Below are positions 12,765 through 27,141 of a stretch of 64,000 nucleotides of DNA, one piece after another. The notes beneath the pieces were generated by a model that saw only the letters and a list, made by a program, of their open reading frames with translations, did not search any database and had not been told where the DNA came from. Made by a program: the position numbers and the translations under genes. Within the stretch, counting starts at the first letter, position 1. The number at the start of each line of letters is the position of its first letter. The stretch comes from Malacoraja senta (Eukaryota), in the NCBI GenBank assembly GCA_038087875.1, contig CM075990.1:2854001-2918000 (forward strand), given 5' to 3'.

Positions 12765-13134
12765 TCAATTAAATGTTATTGTTTTAAAACAGTCGCCCTT
12801 TTCCAGCATCTCTACAGTTTAGCTCATTATGCTCCACAACAGTGCTTCGCAAACTTTGACTAACATTTTCTAATGAGATAAAGCGCTGGTCCCGACCCAA
12901 AGTGTCGCCCATCCTTATACTCCAGAGATGCTGCCAGACCCGCTGAGTTACTTCAGCATTTTGTGTCCATCTTCGGTATACACTCAAGAAATACTTATCG
13001 TCAAACTTAAATATTACTATTAAGTATAGCTTTCAGCTTCTCAACCTACCAGAGATTTGTTAGTATATTTAATTATGTTTAGTTTAGAGATACAGCAAGT
13101 GAATAAGCCCTGTTGCATGCATTGGACAAAAAAG

Positions 13135-13420
13135 TGTGGCACAGTGGTGCAACGGATGAATTACAGCGCCAGAGACACGGGTTCGAACCTGACTACGGGT
13201 GCTGTCTGTACGGACCTGTATGGGTTTTCTCCGGGTGCTCTGGTTCCCTCCCACACTCCAAAAACGAACGTGTTTGTAGGTTAATTGTCGGTTAAAAATT
13301 GTAAATTGTCACTAGTGTGTGTGGTAGGATGGTGCTAGTGTTAGGGGAGCGCTGGTCGGCACGGACTCCGTGGGCTGAAGGGCCTGTTTCCGCGCGGTAT
13401 CTCCAAAGTCAAAAAGTCTA
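13135..13420 (+). mobile_element. V-SINE
   Basis: B box gggttcgaacc, partial V-domain and tail. Confidence 0.8.
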
Positions 13421-13996
13421 ACAACACCGCCTAGACTAATACCTCAATAATTATGCATGAATCATGCTGTAATGTGCAAGTAATCATTTTGAAACCTTTC
13501 AAGAAATACAATTTAGGGAAACAATGAACACTTTTCGAGAGCGGTTTAGTGGAGTACATGGCAGAACAACCGCCTGTAAGATCAAAAGGGATAGGAGCAG
13601 AATTAGGACATTCGGCCCATCAAGTCTGCTCTGCCATTCAATCATGGTTTATCTATTTCTCCCTCCTAACTCCATTCTCCAGCCTTCTCCCCATAACCTC
13701 TGACACCCATACTAATCAAGTACATAAGCATGTCAAGTAAGTACTGATGCAGCGTGGAAACAGACCAACTTGTCCACATCAACCAACATATCCTTTCTAC
13801 ATTTGTCCAACTTGCCTGTGTTAGGCCCATATCCCTCGAAACCTGTCCTATCCATGTACCTGACTAAATTAACCTATCCATGTTCCCCAGGGTTGCTGCC
13901 TGACCCGCTGAGTTACTCCTATACTGTGTGTCTTTTTTTTTGTAAACCAGCATCTGCAGTTCCTTGTTTCTACTAGACAGGAGTGCATCCCTATAA

Positions 13997-14196
13997 NNNN
14001 NNNNNNNNNNNNNNNNNNNNNNNNNNNNNNNNNNNNNNNNNNNNNNNNNNNNNNNNNNNNNNNNNNNNNNNNNNNNNNNNNNNNNNNNNNNNNNNNNNNN
14101 NNNNNNNNNNNNNNNNNNNNNNNNNNNNNNNNNNNNNNNNNNNNNNNNNNNNNNNNNNNNNNNNNNNNNNNNNNNNNNNNNNNNNNNNNNNNNNNN
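13997..14196. other. Assembly gap (200 N) in Pax2 intron 4
   Basis: Run of N. Confidence 1.
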
Positions 14197-15656
14197 GAGA
14201 TGCTACCTTACAGCGCCAGAGACCCGGGTTCGATCCTGACCTCGGATACTGTCTGTACAGAGTTTGTCAGTTCTCCCTGTGACCGCGTGGGTTTTCTCCG
14301 GGTGCTCCGGTTTCCTCCCACACTCCAAAGACATGCAGGTTAGGAGGTTAAACCCACACGGTCACAGGAGAACGTGCAAACTCCACACACAGAGAGCACC
14401 TGAGGTCTGGATCGAACCCGGGTCTCTGGTGCTGTGAGGCAACTAGATATTACTTAAACGTGTGTGCGACTGTCTAAGTTTAGGCAAGGAGATGAGTGGG
14501 GGAGTGATAGACAGGAGAGAGCTCTGCCATGGAAAATCTGCAACAGACTGGTCTAGAATCACACTGAAATAAATTCATCATTTCATAAGCTCTAGGAGCA
14601 GAATAAGGACATTCGGCCCATCAAGTCTACTCCGCCATGCAATCATGTCTGATCTATCTTTCGCTCCTCTCAACCCCATTCTCCTGCCTTCGCCCCATAA
14701 CTCCTGACATCCGTACTAATGAAATCTACTGTGAATCCCTTTCCTTCCTATCAATCCTCATACAGTGTCTCAGTGCAAGGTGCTCAATACTACCTTTACC
14801 GTGGTTTATAATCTTTTGAAAATATAAATGGCATCACACAATGGGATTGTCGCTTAAACATATGAAGCAACTGAACTGAACAACTGAATCATTATCAATG
14901 ATTAATCAGTGGGCAATATTTGACATAATCCTTAGTGGAGCATGGTGATATAAGCAGGTGTAATGGGAGTTAAGGCAGGTACGTTGAGTTAGTCCACAGA
15001 TCAACCATGATGTTCACTGCTGGAACTAACTCAAGACACCAAACCTACTTGTTTTTCAAATTCCAATGTTTTTCAAATTCCTGCGTTTTTCAAATTGCAA
15101 TGTGTACGACAATATGACGTTACTAACATAAATAGTGCTGATTCACTGATCACTACACACACAATCCCATTCTTGTGTCTAACTCTCTCTCTCTTACTCA
15201 GTCATGCACACACTCTCTCTGTAGCTCGCACACACACTCTCCCTCGCACACACTCTCCTTATCACACACACACTCTCTCTCTATCACACACACACAGTCT
15301 CTTTCTCACACACACAGCCACACTCACTCTATCACACACACCCTCTTTTCCCACACACACACTCGACCTCTCTCTCACACACACACACACTCATTATGGA
15401 CATACTCTCTCTCTCTCTCACACACACTCTCTCTCACACACACACTATCACAGGAACATACTCTCTCTCTCACACACTCTTTTTATAGAACTATCCAATC
15501 AACTGATCTAACCTGAGCTGCCCTGACCTCATTCAAATCTTGCCAAGTTCAGTTTGAACTTAGTCACTATTCCCCCCCCCCCCCCCCCCCACACTTATTA
15601 GAATTAGTTTACTTGGAAACACATTGCACAAAGGGATGGACTCTGTGTGTGTGTGT

Positions 15657-15940
15657 GTTTTAGAGATACACCATGGATACAGAACCTTTGGCCCACCAAG
15701 ACCACGCTGACCAACAATCATTCATTCTCACTAGTTCGACCTTATCCCAAGTTCACATACAGTCCCTGTGCACCAAGGGCGATTTGCAGAGAATAATTAA
15801 CAAACTCGCACGTCTTTGGGATGTGGGAGGAAACCTGAGCATCCGGAGAAAACCCATGCGGCCACAGGGAGGACATGTACACTCCTCACAGACAGCACCC
15901 GAGGTCGGGATTGAACCCGGGTCCCTGGCACTGTAGGGCA
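15657..15940 (-). mobile_element. V-SINE, diverged
   Basis: Reverse-complement head, V-domain and tail are recognisable. Confidence 0.7.
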
Positions 15941-15964
15941 AAAGCTCTATCAGCTATATGTCAC

Positions 15965-16261
<297 letters not shown>

Positions 16262-16734
16262 CTGTGTTGAGTGGTAGAGAGTGCAATGTACATTGTACGT
16301 ATACAACATCACGTTACACAATATGACTAATAATAGTAGTCTAATGGGCGCTGGAACAATCAGCCACCTGTGCTCAGTTACAAGCTGTTCTTCCCCTGTG
16401 CTATTCAAACAGATCTGGGTGATCTTGCCTTCAATAACTGCTCCACTTGCAGCGAGTGTATGCACGACATCTCACTGTGATGTAACTGTAAAATTACACC
16501 AATTACACCAGCTAGGATAATCTATAAATCATCTCCGTAGGAGTACCATCTGTGAAAACAAGTGCAAAAGCAATTGGAGCCCCCCCCACCCCCCACATCT
16601 TCTCCCCAATGTTAACTTTGCTGGGCCCTCACGATATTTATCAAGAACCACTCCCTATCCCGACAGTTAACTCCCTCTCTTCAGTGGCTGCATTGACCTG
16701 GAATTCCTTCATATCCAAGCATCTCTCAAAGGCC

Positions 16735-16950
16735 AAAGATAGACACAAAAAGCTGGAGTAACTCAACGGGACAGGCAGCATCTCTTGAGAAATGGAATAG
16801 GTGACGTTTCGCGTCGAGACCCTTCTTCAGCCCCGACCCAAAACATCACCTATTCCTTCTCTCCAGAGATGCTGTCTGACCCGCTGAGTTACTCCAGCAT
16901 TTTGTGTCTATCTTTGGTGTAAACCAGCATCTGCAGTTCCTTCTTATACA
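16735..16950. mobile_element. Fold-back Penelope-like short element
   Basis: Inverted arms of the same family consensus. Confidence 0.72.
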
Positions 16951-17429
16951 CCCCTCAACGCCTATAGGTGAGGGTAATGCCCAATATAGTACTGAGCCAG
17001 ATTTGCTCTGTACCTTTTCATACCTATAGTTTCTCTCTCCCCTTAATCTCAGTCAGAAGGAGGGTCTCGAACTGAAACGTCACATATTCCTTTTCTCCAG
17101 AGATGCTGCCTGACCCGCTGGGTTACTCCAGCACTTTGTGTCTATCTTCGGTGTAAACCAACATCTGCAGTTCCTTCCGACACATTGTACAGACTCGCAT
17201 AAACAAGTAACTTACATCAGTCAGGGCTGCATAGGAATCCTGCAATATTCCCTAACATACTTTGGTGTAATTCTACAAATTCAGCAAGATAATCTATCCC
17301 AGATTACTGACAAACATCGCAAGTATTGCAGTTGGAGCTGGATGGGATGAGGCTTCGAGGTGTTGGCCATCTTGTTCAGATAGAATATGACACAGTATTT
17401 AGACTCTTGGTTAAATTAACAAGCAGATT

Positions 17430-18290
17430 TTAGACTTTAGAGATACAGCGCTGAAACAGGCCCTTCGGCCGAACGAGTCCTCGCCGACCCTATACACTAG
17501 CACTATCCTACACACCAGGGACAATGTACAACTTGGTACAACTTACCAAAGCCAATTAGCCTACAAGCCTGTATGCCTTTGGAATGTGGGAGGAAACCGG
17601 AGCGCCCGGAGAAAACCCACGTGTGCACAGGGAGAATGTACAAACTCCGTACAGTCAGCACCCGTAGTCAGGATTGAAACCGGGTCTCTGGCGCTGTAAG
17701 GCAGCAGTTCCACCCTTGTGCCACCGTGCCGTCGAGGTTTTGACACTTTCCTTTGGCAGCACAGTGGCACAGCGGTAGAGTTGCTGCCTCACAGCGCCAG
17801 AGACCCGGGTTCCATTCTGACCATGGATGCAGCCTGTGTGGAGCTTGAATGTTCTCCCTGTGACTGTGTGGGTTTTCTCTGGGTGTTCGTGTTCATAAGT
17901 CAGAGGAGCAGAATTAGGCCATTCCGCCCATCGAGACTACTCCGCCATTTAATCATGGCTGATCTATCTTTCCCTCTCAACCTCATTCTCCTGCCTTCTA
18001 CCCGTAACCTTTGACACCCATACTAATCAAGAATTTCCGCTTTAAAAATACCCAATGACTTGGTCTCCACAACCGTCTGTGGCAATGAATTGCACAGATT
18101 CACCGCCCTCTGGTTTCCTCCCATGTCCCAAAGACATGCGGGTTTGTAGGCTGATTGTCCCTCTGTAAATTATCACCAGTGTCCAAGGAGTGGATTGGAA
18201 TGTTGGACGACATAGAGCTAGTTTGATTGTTGGTCAGCGTCGACTCGGTGGGCTGAAGGGCCTATTTCCATGCTCTTTCTCTAGGCTGGA
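17430..18290. mobile_element. Head-to-head V-SINE pair; the + copy is split by a CR1 3' fragment
   Basis: Minus copy at about 17430-17728; plus copy at about 17755-17890 and 18112-18290, interrupted by CR1 tail at about 17895-18111. Confidence 0.8.
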
Positions 18291-18453
18291 CTAAACCATA
18301 CCAATGAATCCTGGAATTATACTATTGCAGGAAGAAAGTCAATTTGGCCTATTGTAGCATTGCCAAAACTATCTAATAACTCACTTTCCCCTCTTTCCTC
18401 TAACCCGCTATCCCCATAGATATATTTTGTTCTCCTGTATATTACTAAGTTTC

Positions 18454-19666
18454 ATAAGATCAAGTGATAGGATCAGAATTAGGCCATTCGGCCCATCAAG
18501 TCTACTCCGCCATTCAATCATGGCTGATCTATCTCTCCTTCCTAACCCCATTCTTCTGCCTTCTCCCCATAACCTCTGACACTCATACTAATCAAGAATC
18601 TATCTATTTCTGCCTTAAAAATATCAACTGACTTTGCCTCCACAGCCTTCTGTGGCAAAGAATTCCACAGATTCACCAACCCTCTGACGAAATAAATTCC
18701 TTCTCATCTCCTTCCTAAAAGAATGTCCTTTAATTCTGAGGCTATGACCTCTAGTCCTCGACTCTCCCACTAATGGAAACATCCTCTCCACATCCACTCT
18801 ATCCAAGCCTTTCACTATTCGTTACATTTCAATGTGGTTCCCCCCTCATTCTTCTAAACTCCAGCGAGTACAGGCCCAGTGCCGACAAACGCTCATCATG
18901 TGTTAACCTACTCATTCCTGGGATTATTTTTGTAAACTTCCTCTGGATCCTGTCCAGAGCCAGCACATCCTTCCTCAGATATGGTGCCCAAAATTGCTCA
19001 CAATATTCCAAATGTGGCCTGACCAGCGCCTTATGGAGCCTCAGCATTACATCCCTGTTTTTGTATTCAAGCCCTCTCGAAACAAATGCTAGCATTGAGT
19101 TTGCCTTCTTTACTACCATTTCGATTTGCAGATTAACTTTTTGGGAATCCTGCACCAGCACTCCCAAGTCCCTTTGCTACTGTGATTTCTGGATTTTCTC
19201 CCCATTGCGAAAATAATCTAGCCTTTATTCCTACTACCAAAATGCATGACTCCACACTTTGCTACACCATGTTCCATCTGCCACTTCTCTGCCCACTCTC
19301 CCAACCTGTCCAAGTCCTTCTGCAGAGTCCCTGCTTTCTCTACACTACTTGCTCCTCCACCTAATTTCATATCATCCTCAAACCTGGCCACAAAGCCGTC
19401 AATCCCCTCCTCCAAATCATTAATATACAACGTGAAGAGTAGAGGCCCCAGCCTCGAGCCTTGAGGAACTCCGCTAGTCACTGGCAGCCAACCAGAAAAA
19501 GCCCCTTTTATTGCCACTCTTTGCCTTCTGCCATCCAGCCAACCTGCTTTCCTTAGCAGCCTCCCATGTAGCAACTTATCAAAAGCTTTCTGAAAATCTA
19601 GGCAAACAACATCTACTTGCCCTCCTTTGCCTGCCCTGCTATTTACTTCTTCAAAGAATTCTAGCA
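18454..19666 (-). mobile_element. 5'-truncated CR1-like LINE with degenerate RT (ORF2) C-terminus and 3' UTR
   Basis: Frameshifted ORFs with RT motifs LDFQKAFDK, SGVPQGS.LGPLLF.LYINDL, FEDDMKLGG, and LVRPHLEYC..FWAPY; the tail is shared with many short copies; possible TSD AAGTTTC. Confidence 0.93.
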
Positions 19667-19762
19667 AAGTTTCTTTACAAGATTAATCTGCATCTGCTAC
19701 CCTTTAACGCAACACATTCAAAACATAACAACTGACTGCGTAAATAAAGATTACTTTCTTGC

Positions 19763-20290
19763 CAGGTGGCTCAGTGGCACAGCGGCAGAGACCCAGGTTC
19801 GATCCTGACTATGGGTGCAGTCCGTACGGGGTTTGTACTTTCTCCCTTTCTCCAGAGATGCTGCCTGACCCGCTGAGTTACTCCAGCATTTTGTGTCTAC
19901 CGCTCCAGTTCCCCGATTGCTCCAGTTTCCTTACACACTCCAAAGATGTGCAGGTTTGTAGGTTAATTGGCTTCTGCAGATTGTGAATTGTCTCTAGTAT
20001 GGAGGATAGTGCTAGTGTACGGGGTGATCGCTGGTCAGCATGGACTCGGCAGGCTGAAGGACCTGTTTCCATGTTGAGTCTATAAACTAAACTAAATTAA
20101 AATAAATATCTCTGTTACTGGTGCCCTGGTTTCCACCACACTCCAAAGGCATACAGGTTTGTAGGCTAATTGGCCTGGTAAAATTGTAAATTGTCCCTCG
20201 TGTGTGTAGGATACTGCTAGCATACGGTGGTCGGTGCAGACTCAGTGAGCCCAAGGACATATTTCCACACCGTATCTGTAAACTAAACTA
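19763..20290 (+). mobile_element. V-SINE containing a Penelope-like fragment, followed by a partial V-SINE
   Basis: SINE at about 19763-20097 with insert tctccagagatgctgcctgacccgctgagttactccagc at about 19850-19900; second partial copy at about 20120-20290. Confidence 0.75.
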
Positions 20291-21449
20291 GCCCGCCTGA
20301 CAATTCCTTCCCAGCTTTCTTTATGAAAACACCGATCGAAATTTGGAATAATGTTTGCTGTAATGTGGACAATTCCAGCTTGCCCAGACTCCCCTTCGTA
20401 TTTAAGTCCGCCCTAGATTTGCATACCGGCTCTGCACCCTCTCAATGATGGCGTCGTACCCAGCAACAGTCAGGTCTTTCAGAGGAGAAGGTAGGAAATT
20501 CCTGGGCAGCCGAGAGTTGGCGTGAATTGTGTTACCGCACCAGAGGGGTAATTCCACAGTTGGACCACAGATGCCACTCCTGATCATTGCTAAGCATGAC
20601 ATTATACCAGAGGGCTAATTTTCACTGCACCTGGTTTAGTTGATCTAAAATTGTTAAATCAACCAGATGGCTGCAATTGGTGTTGAAATAAGATAGTCTC
20701 AAAGCACGAATTAAAACATTACAAATAATGATTATTTGGCTAAATTATTACGGTTAATTTGGGAGATTGTTTTTTAAAAATAAGTGCAGAACAGTCAGGG
20801 GATAGATTACCCTTTCACCTCCTAGATCTAAGTCGTTCATCTCTTGAATTTCACATTTAAACTCAGCCAAGAAAGAGTGAGTTAAAATCTGCTCCGCAGA
20901 AAATATGTCTCTTTGCCTGATAATGATGAAGATATAACAGGAAATACATTATCGTTCACTGTTAACTTCACAAGGCTAGTAGGTGTGAGAACTGACATGT
21001 TAGAACATCCTAACATGGGCTTTTAGATTGTAGTGCACATATAGAGCATAGAACACAGTGAAGCACAAGAACAGGCCCATAATGTCTGTGTCAAACAGGA
21101 TAGCGGTTGCAAGATTCACTGCAGAATTTTATATATTTATATATAATATGTGCGTATGTGTGCGTGTGTGTGTGTATGTATGTATATCGGTGGCCCAAAA
21201 GCCCGGTTTCCATGCTGTATCACTAAAACAGGCAAACACACACACACACATATATATGTGTCTGAAGAAGGGTCTTGACCCGAAACGTCACCTATTCTTT
21301 CACTCCATAGATGCTGCCTCACCCGCTGAGTTTCTCCAGCATTTTTGTCTACCTTCGATTTTACCTGCATCTGCAGTTCTTTCTTAAACAACACACATAT
21401 ATACATAGATATGTATGGTCTGTAAACGCCATATTAAACAAAATTCAGT

Positions 21450-21509
<60 letters not shown>

Positions 21510-21554
21510 GGACACACACACACACACACAGGCACACACTCACACACACACACG

Positions 21555-21591
<37 letters not shown>

Positions 21592-21782
21592 AAGAAAGAA
21601 CTGCAGATGCTGGTTTAAATCGAAGGTAGACACAAAATGCTGGAGTCACTCAGCGGGACAGGCAGCATCTCTGGGGGGAAGGAATGTCTGAAGAAGGGTC
21701 TCGACCCGAAACGTCACCCATTCCTTCTCTCCAGACATATATATATAGTCTGTAAACACAATAAAAATAACAAAAATATTCA

Positions 21783-21990
<208 letters not shown>

Positions 21991-22319
21991 TTCTGTGAGT
22001 GTGTGTATTATGGTGTTCACGGAGTACTATGTTTAAATATATGTTGTGCTGCTGCAAGTAAGAATTTCATTGTTCCATTTCAGGACATATGACAATAAAA
22101 CACTCTTTGCTCTTGACAGTAATAGCGATGAGAGTTCTGCAGCTGAGGCTTTGCTGAAAGATTGGCAGAAGTAGCTGGGAGATGGTCTCAGCATCCTCAT
22201 GGATGGAAAATCGAAAATAAATCCCAATCCACGGACCAGTCTGACTGCTGCTTTGTACACTGGCTCCGCTGGATCCCCTGGGCAGTGCAGCTTGAATGAG
22301 TTATTAAACCAAGATTTTA

Positions 22320-22925
22320 ATTTTAGTTTTAGTTTTAGAGATACAGCCCCTTACAGATCAGTCCCTTCGACCCAACGAGTCCGCGCCGACCAGATATCCC
22401 CGCACGTTAACACTACCCCACACACACTGGGGACATTTTACATTCATACTAAGCCAATTAACCTACAAATTTGTACGTCTTTGGGGTGTGGGAGGAAACC
22501 GAAGATCGTCAGAATTAAAGTACGTTCTTTTAGGAAGGAGATGAGGAGAAATTTATTGAGTCAGAGGGTGGTGAATCTGTGGAATTCTTTGCTACAGAAG
22601 GCTGTGGAGGACAAGTCAATTAATATTTTTAAGGCAGAGATAGATAGATTCTTGATTAGCACAGGTGCCAGGGGTTGTGGGGAGAAGGCAGGAGAATGTG
22701 GTTGGGGGGGGGAGAGATAGATCAGCCATGATTGAATGGTGGAATAGACTTGATGGGCCGAATGGCCTAATTCTACTCCTAAAATTTATGTCCTTATGGT
22801 CTCGGAGAAAACCCACGCAGGTCACAGGGAGAACGTACAAACTCCGTACAGACAAGCACCTGTAGTCAGGATCGAACCTGGGTCTCTGGCACAGTGAGGC
22901 AGTTGCTCTATCACTGCACCACTGG
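22320..22925 (-). mobile_element. V-SINE split by a CR1 3' fragment
   Basis: SINE 3' half at about 22320-22510 and 5' half at about 22800-22925; CR1 (+) lies between them. Confidence 0.8.
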
Positions 22926-23254
22926 GCCGCCCACCCCCCCCCCCCCCCAAATCCCGGAAATCCCACATCCTGTACTTGCTGCTGTGGCAGTACCCAGGAG
23001 AGTGGCAACATTCTCCTGGCAAATGAACACTCATCTCACTGGCATTCATGGGCAGTTCTGTGTGCGAAGTTTCTAGTGTATTCACCTATTGTGTAACAGC
23101 TGCCCCACTTCGTAGCAATTTATTAAATGTAAAACAACATGTAAGGCACCGGATAAATACATTGTGTCTGAGTGACCACAAGCAAGTCACAGTTTGATTT
23201 CAAATGTCAAACATAATGACCAACATGCCATGTCCACAAAGCAGGAAGGGCTGG

Positions 23255-23585
23255 CTGGTTTAATCCAAAGATGGACACAAAATGCTGGAGTAACTCAGCG
23301 GGACAGGCGACATCCATGGAGAGTAGGAATAGGTGACGTTTCGGGTCGCGACCCTTCTTCAGACTGAGAACCAGCATCTGCAGTTCCTTCTTAAACAAGG
23401 GCTGGTTTAATTTTAGGTAGACAAAAATGCTGGAGAAACTCAGCGGGAGAGGCAGCATCTATGGAGCGAAGGAATAGGTGACGTTTCGGGTCGAGACCGT
23501 TCTTCTTCTTCTGCCTCAACAGCTGAGTTTCTCCAGCATTTTTGTCTACCTTCGATTTTTCCAGCATTTGCAGTTCCTTCTTAAA
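23255..23585. mobile_element. Two adjacent fold-back Penelope-like elements of different subfamilies
   Basis: Units at about 23255-23398 (gagtaactcagc type) and 23412-23585 (gagaaactcagc type); GGCTGGTTTAAT recurs at 23253, 23400 and 23586. Confidence 0.7.
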
Positions 23586-23597
23586 GGCTGGTTTAAT

Positions 23598-23880
23598 TTA
23601 GTTTAGTTTAGAGATACAGCGCGGAAGCAGGCCCTTCGGCCCACCGAATGCGTGCCGACCATCGATCACCCATACACTAACACCATCCTACACACTGGGG
23701 ACAATTTACAAATTTTTACAGAAACCAATGAATCAACAAACCTACACGTCTTTGGAGTGTGAGAGGAGAAAAACCACGCGGTCACATGAAGAACACATAA
23801 ACTCCATACAGACAGCACTCGTGGCCAGGGTCGAACCCGGGTCTCTGGCGCTGTAAGGCAGCAACTCTACCGCTGCACCA
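23598..23880 (-). mobile_element. V-SINE
   Basis: Full architecture on the minus strand. Confidence 0.85.
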
Positions 23881-24454
23881 CCCGGCCATCTGGAGGGGCT
23901 GGTAATACAATCGTTAGGGCCTGTTTTTTTTGGTAAAATAGATTTCACAAATAGGAATATGTGTTTGCATAATATATAAAGTAGCAAATGTATGACGCAA
24001 TGTGTCCCTCTCTCTCCCCACCCTATTCATCCTGCTAGTTCCCCTGTTCACATCCTTGTATCTCTCTTGTTATCACCTCTTCCCCAGCCAACAATGGGCC
24101 ATTGTGGACTCCACCCTTGTTTGGTCATCGTTTGCCAGGTCTGCTTGCTTCTGGCCTTTTCTTACCACCTGTTCCCTCCCCTCTACTTTCAGTCTGAAGA
24201 AAGGTTCCGACCTGAAACGTCACCTATCCTTTTTCTCTGGAGATGCTGCCTGACCTGCTGAGTTACTCCAGCACTTTTTATCTATCTTTGGTATAAACCA
24301 GCCTCTGCAGTTCCTTTCTACGCGCGTATTAATAACTCTTTCTCTATATAATGGACTTTGAAAAGGCCAAGTATAATGTGGTAGTGGGGCTTTGATAAAG
24401 AGTCCCAAAGACGTCATGGAAAACTCAATGGTCCATATAGCTGTGATGGACTTC

Positions 24455-24775
24455 ATAGGTTCATAGGTTCATAGTTCTAGGAGTAGAATTAGGCCATTCA
24501 GCCCATCAAGTCTACTCCGCCATTCAATCTTGGCTGATCTATCTTTCCCTCTCAACCCCATTCTCCTGCCTTCTCCCCATAACCCCTGACACCTGTACTA
24601 ATCAAGAATTTCTCAACCTCTGCCTTAAAATATGCCATCTGTGGCAATGAATTCCACAGATTCACCACTCTCTGACTAAAGAAATTCCTTCTCATCTTTT
24701 ATTCTGAGGCTGTGCCCCATTGTCCTGGACTCTCCCACTAGTGGAAACATCGTAACCACATCCACGCTACTCAGT
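24455..24775 (-). mobile_element. CR1-like LINE 3' fragment
   Basis: Colinear with 18470-18805. Further short copies at about 5843-5995, 8893-9025, 13585-13720, 14585-14720, 17895-18111, 22510-22790, 54560-54678, 55027-55225, 60215-60445 and 61795-61945. Confidence 0.85.
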
Positions 24776-25694
24776 CTTTCATCCAAGCATTACACATACA
24801 GTTTATAATCAGATAATCCCACCCCACCACTTTCCCATTACCCTGACGATATGTACCTAATATGTACCTAATTCCCTTCTGCAATGATTAGAATTGTTTT
24901 GTCGCCTTTGGTTATTAACACTGTTATTTTAGATCTGAATTCCCTGGGCACCAAGCCCTTCTCCTGTTGAAAATACCACTTTCCTATTCAGTGTATTAAA
25001 GCCCTTCACCATTTTGAACACACTTTTAAAAATAGGCACATCTTTCTCTGTCCCGTGGTGAACAAAGGTGTCTCCTCCTCATATCTCAGCCGAACAGGAA
25101 GCGTGAATACTGGTAGCACTCCAGTAAATCTCTTCTCTACCTTCTCTGCTTCCACCTCGCCGCTAGAGAGTAGTGCCGAATGAAGACATTGAATGCGGGC
25201 ATCACACATCCTACTTTGGGTAAACATGAACAAGTGTGCATCTACCACCCTGAAAGGGTTAAATCTGGCCGGGGGTGTAATACTCAAGAGTCAAGATTGT
25301 TTTATTGTCATATGTCCCAGATAGAACAATGACATTCTTACTTGCTGCAGCACAACAGAATATGTTGACATAGTTCTCTGTGAACTTGAGACGAGGAAAC
25401 ACTTTTTCTCACAGAGAGTGCTGAGTGTGTGGAATTCTCTGCCTCGGAGGGCGGTGGAGGCAGGTTCTCTGGATGCTTTCAAGAGAGAGCTGGATAGAAC
25501 TCTTAAAGATAGCGGAGTCAGGGGATATGGGGAAAAGGCAGGAACGGGGTACTGATTGGGGATGATCAGCCATGATCACATTGAATGGCGGTGCTGGCTC
25601 GAAGGGCCGAATGGCCTACTCCTTCACCTATTGTCTATTGTCTATTGTCTATTGTCTATTGAACAATATAATAAATTGAAAAAAAGTCCAGTGT

Positions 25695-25848
<154 letters not shown>

Positions 25849-26171
25849 TGTGTTTTTATATATATACTGATTTTTTTTCTCATTTATTATATTGTTGACA
25901 GAGAAATATGTTTACTGTTCAGTGTGTGTGTATATATATATGTGTGTGTATGTATATATATATATATATATGAGTGTGTGCGTGTGTGTGCGTAGGAAGG
26001 AACTGCAGATGCTGGCTTAAACCAAATACAGGCACAAATTCTGGAAAAAACAGTGGGACAGGCAGCATCGCTGGGAAAAAGAAATAGGTGACGTTTTGGG
26101 TCGAGAACCTTCTACAGATTCCATATATATATATGGAATCTGTATACATATATATACTATATACTATACTA

Positions 26172-26253
<82 letters not shown>

Positions 26254-26310
26254 GGAATCTGTATACATATATTTACTATATACTATACTATACTATACTA
26301 TATATATATA

Positions 26311-26374
<64 letters not shown>

Positions 26375-26699
26375 AATATATATATATATACTCTGAGGAT
26401 ATATATCTGTTGTGTGTGTGTAAATATATAGATATATAGAGTGTGTAGGAAAAACTGCAGATGCTGGTTTAAATCGAAGATAGGCACAAAAAGCTGGAGT
26501 AACTCAGCGGGACAGGCAGCATCTCTAGAGAGAAGGAATGGGTGATGTTTTGGGTCGAGACCCTTGTTCAGACTACTAGATATATAGATATATACATACC
26601 TATATATACATACACTGACACATACGCATAGAAACAAACAAACTATCAAGTAATAACGATCAGGTGTGGACCAAGGACTGTTGCAGTTTTTGTCCTTAC

Positions 26700-26785
26700 C
26701 TATAGTGTGGCCCGGCGCGGTGACTGCTGAGCCCGGACCATCCGGTGAGGGGTGGAAGGGTTGCTGCACTTTGGTCCGAATGATT
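26700..26785 (-). CDS. pax2: Pax2 exon 4 (86 nt)
   Basis: Encodes [28 protein letters not shown]; acceptor tttgcag|A, donor G|gtaagg; phase compatible with exons 3 and 5. Confidence 0.95.
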
Positions 26786-27141
26786 CTGCAAACAAACCAT
26801 GAAATCACATCAATTCACCTCAATGATCAGGGCGACTGACTACCTGGTCACGGCTAATCTAGTTGTCTGGCGTGTAAGCAAACCAAAATCCCCAGGCGGA
26901 ACTCCCGCAATCAAAACTGCGTGAGGCGCCTGTATTGGTAAAAGGATGTGATTTAATTGATCTGAGACTGGAGAAAAGTTGGAAATTAGTTGCAAGCGGA
27001 GTAATGCAAATAGAAAGCTATAAATTATATGTGACAGGAACGCAATAGCGCAGTAATGCTGCTTGCAAGACTTCTCCTGTCGCAGAATGCCCAGTACTAA
27101 TGACACTTTGAAAGGGGTTCGCTCCCTATGAATATTAAACT

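Noticed and set aside
18624..19667. Intact reverse transcriptase gene
   Set aside because: It is 5'-truncated, split across frames, and has an altered catalytic motif (FEDD); a dead LINE copy.
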